Source: a virus
Lineage: Duplodnaviria > Caudoviricetes
Direction: 5' to 3' (one strand)
DNA length: 64,000 nt
Virus record (IMG/VR): IMGVR_UViG_3300021400_000529
Coordinates: 32,001-96,000 of that record
The notes under the pieces were generated by a model. That model saw only the letters and a program-made list of their open reading frames with translations, searched no databases and had not been told where the DNA came from. A program made the translations under genes and the position numbers. Shown piece after piece: positions 39,127 to 48,022 of this stretch (position 1 is its first letter; every line of letters starts with the position of its first letter).

Positions 39127-39205
39127 AAATATAGAAATAGTCCTTTTTTTAGGGAGTGTATAAAGCAGTTTCTAAATTATAGAGTGTGGTGGAGAGTGTT
39201 GTGTT

Positions 39206-39562
39206 TTAATATTTTACTCCCCATTGTTCTCCTTTGTAGTCTAAGTCGTAGGAGATTGGTTCCTCATATTTTTTGTTGGTTGGTTGTTGTGTGATGGTTA
39301 TTGTCATGGAACGGTAGTCTTCTGGTGTGTAATTGATTGTTATTTCATAGTCTTTGAATTTGTATGTGTATGTTTCTGTTTTTTCGTTTGTTGTATGTGT
39401 TGGTTGTGGTATTTGGTTTAGTGTTACTGTTTCCTCTTTGAATAGTGGCTTTGTTTGTGGGTTGTCTGAGAACAGTATTGTTTCTTTGAGTTTTTTGCTC
39501 ATGTTTTCTGTGTTTATGTTGGTTTTGTGTTTTTTTATGATGTTTTCTATGGTTATGTTCAT
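39206..39562 (-). CDS. zincin-partner (putative immunity/inhibitor) protein
   Basis: MNITIENIIKKHKTNI; AAGGTGA RBS; convergent with the zincin. Confidence 0.68.
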   Translation of the reverse strand: MNITIENIIKKHKTNINTENMSKKLKETILFSDNPQTKPLFKEETVTLNQIPQPTHTTNEKTETYTYKFKDYEITINYTPEDYRSMTITITQQPTNKKYEEPISYDLDYKGEQWGVKY

Positions 39563-39884
39563 TTTGGGTTCACCTTCATATTATTTTTTTTTTATTTGGT
39601 ATATTATTGTATTTGTTAACATTTATATTTTACTATTTCATTATAAAACCTTAATACTTTAACTGGTAAAAAAAGAATATCCATTCAAATATAACCAAAT
39701 TAACCAAATTAATAAGTAATTTAATGATAAAACCAACAAATAATCATCATATATTAAATTAAACAATTCAGAATAAGAATTTGTACTATTTAATATTAAT
39801 ATATATATTAATAGAAATAATTAAAAGGAAAAACCAAACCATCATAAAATAAAGAAAAAAAAGGAGTGGAAAACACAATCCAAA

Positions 39885-41504
39885 ATGGCAATACAACAAT
39901 TTATAGTAACAAACCATAACAACGAATGGGAAGTCATAGAAAAAAGCATACTGGACAGGTATGTGATTAAAGAAGATGACCTCAAAGTACAATCCAAATC
40001 AGTACATGACGAATTTGATTACAGTGAATTCAAAAGACCACAATTCAACCTCAAAAAATTATGTGAACTACTAGACAACAACACATACCACAGACGATGT
40101 TGCGAAGTAGTAGCCGAAGATGCAAGTGGATATGGATACAATATAGTTCCACTAAACCAGGTACATGATGATTCTAACGAAAATGAAGATCAAAAAGAAT
40201 TCATAGAAGAATTTCTTAAATCATTATATACTCCCATAAACACAGCACTATACAAATACTGCTATGATAAAAGAGCAGTAGGATGTGGGTGTATGGAAAT
40301 ACTACGTGAAAGTACAAGCAAAAGCAACATAGTAGACCTTAACCCAATACCTATATTCAACATGCTCGTACACAGAGATGGAGTAAGAGTACTTCAAAGA
40401 GTAGGAGCAAAACAACGATGGTTTGTATTATATGGTAAAAATGTAACTCCTGATGGCGTAAAATTTGATGTTCATTGTGATACTGGTAAACAGGTAGAAT
40501 ATGATACACTTGACCCAACAGAAAGAGCTAACGAACTCATATGGGGAGTAAACTATGCACCACATACTCCAACATATGGAAGTGCCAAAATAGTTCCAGC
40601 AATAAGAGCAATATTCGGAGACCTTAGCAGAGCAAGATACAACAATAGTTTCTTCCAAAACTATGGAATGCCATCATACGCAGTAGTGGTTACTGGTGAC
40701 TTTGATACGGGAGCAGACCCAGAGGACCCAGATTATGATGAAACAGAAACCTTGAAATATAAAATCAAGGAGAATATGGAAAATGCTGTAAAAAATCCTC
40801 ACAGTGCATTTGCCATGCTTATTCCTTCCTCAGAAGGTAATGTTCATGTTCAGTTCCACAAATTAAATGCTGGTGGAAGTAATGAGGCAAGTTTCAGATT
40901 ATACCGAGCAGATAACAGGGAAGAAGTAATGAGTGCTCATGGAGTACCACCTTACCGGATAGGACTTGCAATTAATGGAACACTTGGTGGAAGTACAAGT
41001 GTTGAAAGTGGAAACATTTACAACACCAGTATTATTCAACCAATCAAAAAGAAAAACGAGGACATTGTAAATGAAGTGTTGGTTAATGAGTATAATCAGA
41101 GGTTTGGGAAAGAAGAAACACAACTTTCATGGGTATTTAAAATAGAAGAAATAGATAAAAGAGATTACTTCCGTGATTTACAAAGTGCAAATATGTTATT
41201 TAACATGGCTGCCATGACTCCACGTCAAGTTTGTGAAAGTCTTGGAAAACCTATTGGTGCTATAGCAGACCCTGATAATCCATACCTTGATGAATATTTC
41301 ATACATGGAACTCCTTTATCATTAATGTTCAAGAACAATGAGATGGGTGAGTCACATAGTGTTCTTGATAAATTACATATTCAACAGCAAATGTGGATTA
41401 ATGAGTTACAGGCAAGATTGGGTGCTATGCAAATGGGTATTGATGCTGGTATGATTCCAACAAACGCACCGAATCCCACATTTGATGAATTAAACAAGGA
41501 CTAA
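39885..41504 (+). CDS. portal protein (PBSX/HK97-like)
   Basis: YNNSFFQNYGMPSYAVVVTG, EVMSAHGVPPYRIG, MTPRQV motifs; 539 aa. Confidence 0.88.
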   Translation: MAIQQFIVTNHNNEWEVIEKSILDRYVIKEDDLKVQSKSVHDEFDYSEFKRPQFNLKKLCELLDNNTYHRRCCEVVAEDASGYGYNIVPLNQVHDDSNENEDQKEFIEEFLKSLYTPINTALYKYCYDKRAVGCGCMEILRESTSKSNIVDLNPIPIFNMLVHRDGVRVLQRVGAKQRWFVLYGKNVTPDGVKFDVHCDTGKQVEYDTLDPTERANELIWGVNYAPHTPTYGSAKIVPAIRAIFGDLSRARYNNSFFQNYGMPSYAVVVTGDFDTGADPEDPDYDETETLKYKIKENMENAVKNPHSAFAMLIPSSEGNVHVQFHKLNAGGSNEASFRLYRADNREEVMSAHGVPPYRIGLAINGTLGGSTSVESGNIYNTSIIQPIKKKNEDIVNEVLVNEYNQRFGKEETQLSWVFKIEEIDKRDYFRDLQSANMLFNMAAMTPRQVCESLGKPIGAIADPDNPYLDEYFIHGTPLSLMFKNNEMGESHSVLDKLHIQQQMWINELQARLGAMQMGIDAGMIPTNAPNPTFDELNKD

Positions 41505-41566
41505 AATTGTAACAAAGTGGTTACTGATTATTATTTTTTTTTAGAATTAAGTGAAAATCTGTTTTT

Positions 41567-42463
41567 ATGGTAAACTCTGATAAAATTTTAAATTATCTTA
41601 TCAAACAACATTATAACTCTTTACAACTCTTAGAGAGTAATTATGATACATCAGTTATAGGATTTCGTTCAGGATTATTTAAATTATTCCAAGATACACA
41701 AAGAGATATAAACAAATACTTTGGGAACAATCCAGTTAAATTAGAATCAGAATCAGATATAATTTCTGTAATTAATGAAATACAACCCATCACTGATTCA
41801 TTTCTTGGAAAGTATGAGAAATTATTGAATAAATGGTTAAACCTCTCAGTAACTGTAGGAAGGAAACATGGCTTAATAATGAACACCCATAACCTGATTG
41901 ATTCCGACATGTATGAAGTAAATATTATGGGAGGTGCTGATAATAAACAGGGTGGGTATGGGAACCTTAACCCTTTTTCTGATGAGGTTTCTTTTCAGAG
42001 ACAGTATCTTGAAAAAAAAATAATAAATAATCTCTCACGAATATTAGAGGAAAATAAACTTTATGAAAGTAATATTTCATCAGATAATCATAGAAAAGTA
42101 GTTATTAACCAACCAGATACCTTGTTTAACCATTTTTTCAACCAATTATCATCTACTTTTAATAATAACGTTTCTTCTTTATTGTTACATCGTTGGATTA
42201 ATTATGGATTATACTCCCAATATGAACAGTATAATGAGTATCACGTATGGTATTCTCGTGAGGATGAGCATGTTCGTCCTTCACACCAGAAGTTGCACGG
42301 GGAGGTAAGGAAAGTGGGAGAACTTTTCTCAAATGGTTGTTTATATCCTGGTGATGAAAATGGAATACCAGAAGAAGTGATGAACTGTCGATGTTACACA
42401 TTACCCTTTAATGTAAATGATTTACCATCAGGTTTAAGGAGTGAAATAAGAAAATATGGGTAA
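41567..42463 (+). CDS. MuF / SPP1 gp7-family head morphogenesis protein (short form, no fused toxin)
   Basis: WYSREDEHVRPSHQKLHGEV...FSNGCLYPGD...EVMNCRC; directly after portal. Confidence 0.88.
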   Translation: MVNSDKILNYLIKQHYNSLQLLESNYDTSVIGFRSGLFKLFQDTQRDINKYFGNNPVKLESESDIISVINEIQPITDSFLGKYEKLLNKWLNLSVTVGRKHGLIMNTHNLIDSDMYEVNIMGGADNKQGGYGNLNPFSDEVSFQRQYLEKKIINNLSRILEENKLYESNISSDNHRKVVINQPDTLFNHFFNQLSSTFNNNVSSLLLHRWINYGLYSQYEQYNEYHVWYSREDEHVRPSHQKLHGEVRKVGELFSNGCLYPGDENGIPEEVMNCRCYTLPFNVNDLPSGLRSEIRKYG

Positions 42464-43271
42464 AAATCGGAAAAGTAGTGATGGTAAAAGTGGAGGAATT
42501 GTTAATCCTAACATAACTGGTGAAGTTCAAAAGGAATTGGATGAACTGGTTAAAGAGGAGGGAATAACATATACAATCACAGAAAATGGTGTGACAGTTG
42601 AACGAAATGGTATTGTCTATGAAGTAGGTAATGTGTTTCTTGAAAATAAAAGATTCAGTATTAATGGAAACACACCAGAAACACTTAAAAAAGTATTCAC
42701 ATATTATGATGAGTTCCCAAAAGAAATTCAAACAGTTAATAAAATTAATTTAATCTCTGACCCTACCAAAAAACCAGAAGTATTCGGATATTATAAACCA
42801 GACAACCCTAATGAAATAACATTATTACCATCAATACTTTCAGATAAGTATTATGCGAGTGATGGGAATTATAACAGTTTCAGGTATGTGATGTATCATG
42901 AGTCTGCACATAGTCTTGATTATTCTATGACCAAGTCTTGGGATCCTTTCACGGAAAGTCGATGGTGGATGATGGCTAATGCTGGGAAAGAAGCAGTATC
43001 TTATTATGGAAAGTATGCTTATATGGTTGGTGGTAATCCTGACCGTGAAAACTTTGCGGAGATGGTTGCTATACAAGCAACATATGAAGTTACTGGTCGG
43101 TGTGATAATATTCAGAAAGCAACGGAGTATTCATCGGATGAGGTTGTTTATAAAACTTACGAGGATTGGCATAAATCTAGTCCTGATTATGGAAAATATG
43201 ATCAATCATATGAATGGGTTGATGAAGTGTACCAGTTGGTAAAAGAGAAATATGAGAAAGGATATTATTAA
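42456..43271 (+). CDS. MGKNR-tagged zincin metallopeptidase
   Basis: HESAHSLD...VSYYG...ENFAE; 8-nt overlap with the MuF end. Confidence 0.8.
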   Translation: MGKNRKSSDGKSGGIVNPNITGEVQKELDELVKEEGITYTITENGVTVERNGIVYEVGNVFLENKRFSINGNTPETLKKVFTYYDEFPKEIQTVNKINLISDPTKKPEVFGYYKPDNPNEITLLPSILSDKYYASDGNYNSFRYVMYHESAHSLDYSMTKSWDPFTESRWWMMANAGKEAVSYYGKYAYMVGGNPDRENFAEMVAIQATYEVTGRCDNIQKATEYSSDEVVYKTYEDWHKSSPDYGKYDQSYEWVDEVYQLVKEKYEKGYY

Positions 43272-43543
43272 CTCATAATTATGTGTTTACCATTTTTATC
43301 ATATGCATTGTAATGTCGGTCGGATGTTATGGATAATTCTTGTGTGGTTTCATTGTATTCTACTGTTATTTGTAAATCTATGTCTTCGATTTTTCCGGAA
43401 AATGTGTGGATTGTTTGTTTGTTTTCAGTTCTTTTTTCATACTTGCATGTGTGTTCATCAATGTATAGTTCCATTTCACCTAATTTGGGGGGGATGGTAA
43501 TGTTTATGTTTTTGTATTTTAGTAAATTTTTAAGCGTTATCAT
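43268..43543 (-). CDS. zincin-partner (putative immunity/inhibitor) protein
   Basis: MITLKNLLKYKNINITIP...YEKRTENKQTIHTFSG. Confidence 0.75.
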   Translation of the reverse strand: MITLKNLLKYKNINITIPPKLGEMELYIDEHTCKYEKRTENKQTIHTFSGKIEDIDLQITVEYNETTQELSITSDRHYNAYDKNGKHIIMS

Positions 43544-43702
43544 GGTTTTTGTTTTGTTTTAATTATTATTTATGTTTTATTATTATGCCTTTGTACTGTT
43601 ATGTTCATACTTTAATTTCGTCTTTTGTTACTCATATTGTGCTTGTTGGATTATATTCTTTCTATTTTATATATTTTAACTATTTTATGATAAAACCAAA
43701 TT

Positions 43703-45211
43703 ATGACTACTGATACTGATATTCCCATTAATTATTATAACCCTGCTTCATTGAATATTGCGATGTGGGGTCAATTAATTACGGAAGGTAAATGGGAGCC
43801 AAGACATTTTGACAAGATAATCATAGAATTCCTTTACTATGCTTTACAGGGTAAGATTTCTAAGATAATGATAAGCGTACCTCCAAGGCATGGAAAAAGT
43901 ACTTTGATAAGTAAAATATTTTGTTCATATTTTCTTGCAAACTTTCCTAATGAACAAGTAATTCTTTCATCATATTCTATGGGTTTGGCAAGTGAATTTG
44001 GTGGTGAAGTAAAAGATATATTAAACTTTTACTCTGATCAAACCTTACTCAAAGCTGGATTATCCTCTGACAGTAAAGCAAAAAACAAGTTCCATATGAG
44101 TCCACCTTTCAAGGGACAAATGTTAAGTGTGGGTGCAGCAGGTTCTATTTTAGGATTTGGTGCTGGATTATTTATCATTGACGACCCTATTAAAAACATT
44201 GCTGAAGCAGAAAGTCCAGTTTTACAAGAGAAACTTAACTCATGGTTTCATACCACAGCAAAAACAAGGCTTCAGAAAAGAAGCAATGGTCTTCCACCAA
44301 TAATGTTAGTTATTGCACAAAGATTACATGTGAATGATTTACAAGGTATTATTAAACGGAATGAACAATGGATACCAGCAAAAGAAGCACTAGAAGCATT
44401 ACGTGAAGGAAAAGGATTTAATGAAAATGTATGGATTGACTTAACACTACCAGCAATATGTGAAAACCCAGAGGAAGACCTTCTTGGAAGAGAAGAAGGA
44501 GAAGTATTATGGCCAGAACAACAAAACTATGAAAACTTAATGGCTGCTCGTAGAAGTATGGGAAGTTACTTGTTTAATGCAGTTTACCAAGGTAATCCTT
44601 CTATAAGACAAGGAAACATATTCAGAAGAGAATGGTTTTATGATGAAGGAGAAGTCACACCTAACTGTATTATTGATAAATCCGAACTTCCTGAAGATTT
44701 ACCAACACAAAGATACTGGGATTTTGCGGCCAACAGTAAAGTCAAAAAAGGAACTCCTCATGGTGACGAAACCAGTGGTGTATTAACAGGTTATGATGGA
44801 ACAACATTATATGTAATAGATTTGGTTAACAACAATTTCACTCCAAAACAAGTAAATGAAACATTCATCAGGACAGCATTGAAAGATGGTAAACAAACAA
44901 AAGTATTTATCGAGGAAGAACCTGGAAGTGGTAGCCGAATTCTTATTAACATGTACAGAAACAATCCAAAACTCAAGGGTTGGAATATAAGACCTGATAA
45001 AGTTAAGGGTCCTAAGAATATTCGAAGTTTTTCACTTGAAAATCTGGCAGAAAGTGGTAATATCAAGTTTGTAAGGAACAAATGGAATAATAAGATGATA
45101 GAACAGTTAATCAGTTTCACTGGTGAGGATGGTGAACGTGATGATATTGTGGACAGTTTAACTGGTAGTGCTCGTATGTGGTTGCATAAGAAAACTAAAA
45201 TAATATTATAA
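43703..45211 (+). CDS. terL: terminase large subunit
   Basis: Walker A VPPRHGKS, Walker B FIIDDP, YQGNP, RYWDFA, EEEPGSG, RDDIVDS. Confidence 0.93.
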   Translation: MTTDTDIPINYYNPASLNIAMWGQLITEGKWEPRHFDKIIIEFLYYALQGKISKIMISVPPRHGKSTLISKIFCSYFLANFPNEQVILSSYSMGLASEFGGEVKDILNFYSDQTLLKAGLSSDSKAKNKFHMSPPFKGQMLSVGAAGSILGFGAGLFIIDDPIKNIAEAESPVLQEKLNSWFHTTAKTRLQKRSNGLPPIMLVIAQRLHVNDLQGIIKRNEQWIPAKEALEALREGKGFNENVWIDLTLPAICENPEEDLLGREEGEVLWPEQQNYENLMAARRSMGSYLFNAVYQGNPSIRQGNIFRREWFYDEGEVTPNCIIDKSELPEDLPTQRYWDFAANSKVKKGTPHGDETSGVLTGYDGTTLYVIDLVNNNFTPKQVNETFIRTALKDGKQTKVFIEEEPGSGSRILINMYRNNPKLKGWNIRPDKVKGPKNIRSFSLENLAESGNIKFVRNKWNNKMIEQLISFTGEDGERDDIVDSLTGSARMWLHKKTKIIL

Positions 45212-45229
45212 TATAATAAGGAATGAATT

Positions 45230-46141
45230 ATGGGAAAGAATAGAAAAAGTGGTGGTGGTTCTGGTGGTGGTAACAGTGCTCCGAGAGAAACACCAGAACA
45301 GTTCCAGCAGAGAGTTGACTTAGCTGAAAGTCTGATGACTGTTGAAATGCATATGATGGAAAAAGGAGCATTATCCAAGCCACAAATCAAAAGGTTGCTT
45401 AATACAGTAATGGATGAAAATACTGATTATGTTGGTTTGGTTCGGAAGAATGGTGCTTTTTTCCTACGGTTTGAGGAAAAGTTAGTGTCTCCTGATGGTA
45501 CTGAGCATACACATACACTTAACTTCAATACAGCTTCTTATAAGAATATGTATAAGAAGGATGCTATCATATCTATTGAGGAAATGATTTCTGCTTATAG
45601 GGATATTCCTGAGTTTAATAGGAATATGGCTTATAATTATTATTTTGGACAAACTACAGATGGTGATTGCAGTAAGCTTGGAGGATTATTTAAACCATCA
45701 GACAAATCAGTAAATATTGGTGTAGGATGTTTTAGTAACAAGAAAAGAAGTAGTAAAGATTGGATAAGAAATGTTTTAAACCATGAAAATACTCATGCTT
45801 CTGATTATGTAAATGTGGGTGGTTATATGACTCATTTAAGTCGAGATTCACCAGTTTTCAAAAGAATTATGAGTACAAACAAGGCTAGTGCATACAGTGA
45901 AAGTTATGGTGGTTGGAAATATTATTCAGAAAGTATAGCTGAAGCAGTAGCAGTAACAAGGATGTACAGGAAATATGGTAATGATCATGCTTTGATTTGT
46001 GATCCGGAAAAAAGTTATGTTGTAGGTAATGAAATTGATTATAAGACGTGGGCTAAACGGTATCCTGACTTGGCTAAGTTTGCTAACGATTTCATTGATT
46101 GTGATAGTGAATCGAAATTAAGGGGATTGTTTGAAGTTTAA
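45230..46141 (+). CDS. MGKNR-tagged zincin metallopeptidase
   Basis: HENTHASD...ASAYS...ESIAE. Confidence 0.8.
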   Translation: MGKNRKSGGGSGGGNSAPRETPEQFQQRVDLAESLMTVEMHMMEKGALSKPQIKRLLNTVMDENTDYVGLVRKNGAFFLRFEEKLVSPDGTEHTHTLNFNTASYKNMYKKDAIISIEEMISAYRDIPEFNRNMAYNYYFGQTTDGDCSKLGGLFKPSDKSVNIGVGCFSNKKRSSKDWIRNVLNHENTHASDYVNVGGYMTHLSRDSPVFKRIMSTNKASAYSESYGGWKYYSESIAEAVAVTRMYRKYGNDHALICDPEKSYVVGNEIDYKTWAKRYPDLAKFANDFIDCDSESKLRGLFEV

Positions 46142-46160
46142 TTTAAGAATGTTATTGGTT

Positions 46161-46436
46161 TTACATTAAATCTTCAGTGCCATCTTCATGTACAACATAT
46201 CCGGCGGTTGGTAATCCTTCAGATTCTTTTTCAAATGTGATTGTTTTTTTATTTTCATTGATTGTGATTGTGTCTGTGATTGGTCCTGTTGTTTTTGTGA
46301 AGATGTGTTGGTTACCTTCTTGTTTGTATGTGTACTGGTCTGCTGGTGGCATTATTAATCCTATTGTATGCTCTCTGAGTGTTTCTGGTATGTTCGTTTG
46401 AATATTATATTCTTTTATTAAATCATTAACTTTCAT
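46161..46436 (-). CDS. zincin-partner (putative immunity/inhibitor) protein
   Basis: MKVNDLIKEYNIQTNIP...YTYKQEGNQHIFT; AGGTGA RBS. Confidence 0.72.
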   Translation of the reverse strand: MKVNDLIKEYNIQTNIPETLREHTIGLIMPPADQYTYKQEGNQHIFTKTTGPITDTITINENKKTITFEKESEGLPTAGYVVHEDGTEDLM

Positions 46437-46552
46437 TTTAATCACCTGTTGTATTATGTATGTAATTGTATTTTAAGTAATATTTATATTTTATCATAAC
46501 CTCTAATAAGGAGTATACTGAGTATTTAGGAAGGAGTGAGAAATAATTTTTT

Positions 46553-47053
46553 ATGGGAAAAAATAGAAGTAATGGTCTTGGTGGAGGAAATGCTGGTAAT
46601 CCAGATGATTCTCTTCCAGATTATCGTTGGATAGATGATATTGGAGAAAATGGTGGTTACATTTCCAGACCAAAATGGGATGATGTTATGGTTGATGATG
46701 AACCATACGTTAGAGGTATTGTGGGTGTTTTATCCGATAATCCTGTTGGAATGTCTGTTGATGATATAATTGAATATTATGATGGTGGTCATGGTATTGT
46801 AGAAATTGGTTTTGATTCTGGAACAAATTATTCCTTTGAAGAACGTGGTTACATTAATGAAAGAGATTGGGATAATTTGAAAGCAGATTTACCAACTTAT
46901 CTCGATAACTTGGAAAGTGATGATGCAATTTATGTAAACAGGGATGGAAACTATGTTCTTAATCCTTACATTCAAGGATTACCTTCCAGTGAACAGTTAA
47001 TGGATGATGCAATGGATTATTATTCGGATTATGAAACATATATGGGATTATAA
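46553..47053 (+). CDS. MGKNR-tagged acidic protein of unknown function
   Basis: MGKNR plus G/N linker. Confidence 0.8.
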   Translation: MGKNRSNGLGGGNAGNPDDSLPDYRWIDDIGENGGYISRPKWDDVMVDDEPYVRGIVGVLSDNPVGMSVDDIIEYYDGGHGIVEIGFDSGTNYSFEERGYINERDWDNLKADLPTYLDNLESDDAIYVNRDGNYVLNPYIQGLPSSEQLMDDAMDYYSDYETYMGL

Positions 47054-47059
47054 TAAGTT

Positions 47060-47479
47060 ATGGGAAAAAACAGAAGTAGTCAAAACAAACAAGGTACAGT
47101 TCCATCCTCTTTAAATTCTGGGATGATAACGGAGGAATTTTCCAGATTATCCGATGTTCAAGAAGAATATAGTTTTATAGAGGGACAATTGGAAGGAGAA
47201 CCTGATGATTTTTATGAAACAAGATATTCATTATCTCAATCAATCATTGCATCAATTAATGAAGTTAAACGAACGATGTTAAAGTTAAGGGAGAATCCAT
47301 CTGACCAAGGATTGTATGATGAGTATAAGGAAAGGGAAAAGATAACTTTAGACTTTATTAATGCTTATTTTAGTTTTTTAAGGAGTTCACCATATTATGG
47401 TAATGCTGTGGATTGGTCCGAGCCTTATACTTCAATAGCATTTTCACCAGAAGTAGGGCATGGTGAACCTGTAATATAA
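47060..47479 (+). CDS. MGKNR-tagged helical protein of unknown function
   Basis: MGKNR plus S/Q linker. Confidence 0.8.
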   Translation: MGKNRSSQNKQGTVPSSLNSGMITEEFSRLSDVQEEYSFIEGQLEGEPDDFYETRYSLSQSIIASINEVKRTMLKLRENPSDQGLYDEYKEREKITLDFINAYFSFLRSSPYYGNAVDWSEPYTSIAFSPEVGHGEPVI

Positions 47480-47494
47480 TAATGGAGTAGTATA

Positions 47495-48007
47495 ATGGGG
47501 AAGAATAGGAGTCGTAATAGGCAACCTTCTGGTAGTAATGGTGAATCACCAACAATTGGTGATATGGAAATACCTAATGGTGTTGACACGATAACTGTGC
47601 AACCAGAGGAAAATCCTGGAACAAGAACAACACTTGAAAGAAATGAAGAAAAAATAAGGAAGGAACTAAACCAGTTATATAGTGATGTTTATGATGCTGA
47701 AGAAGAAAGAAGTTTCTTACATAGGGATATGTTAGACCGTCAACGAGAAGTTCAAAACATACAAGATAAGTTAGATGCTGTGAAAGCAAGTCCTAACGCA
47801 ACGGAGATAAGGATTACTGACCTTCAAAGACAATTAGATAAAGCTAATCGTGAATATGGTCAAGCTACGACTTTGTATGAGAAACAGAGAGATAAAGTTC
47901 AGGAGATGAATAATCGTATTTTCGAGTTAGAAACGGGTTTTAGTGGTACCGCTCCTTATGTTAATTGGGCAAAAGGAGAAATTGGAAATGATGATGATGG
48001 ATTATAA
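47495..48007 (+). CDS. MGKNR-tagged coiled-coil protein
   Basis: MGKNR; long heptad region from about residue 45 to 145. Confidence 0.8.
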   Translation: MGKNRSRNRQPSGSNGESPTIGDMEIPNGVDTITVQPEENPGTRTTLERNEEKIRKELNQLYSDVYDAEEERSFLHRDMLDRQREVQNIQDKLDAVKASPNATEIRITDLQRQLDKANREYGQATTLYEKQRDKVQEMNNRIFELETGFSGTAPYVNWAKGEIGNDDDGL

Positions 48008-48022
48008 AAATGGTAAATAATT

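Noticed and set aside
38205-45390. Long minus-strand ORFs opposite the zincin and terminase genes (38205..38696, 44791..45390) and similar short antisense ORFs elsewhere
   Set aside because: They overlap well-supported genes, lack RBS and motifs, and have antisense-type composition.
29361-46401. Plus-strand ORFs over the partner genes (29361, 29651, 37025, 39354, 43303, 43329, 46177)
   Set aside because: V/F/S-rich shadows; the minus-strand frames form a coherent family with RBSs.
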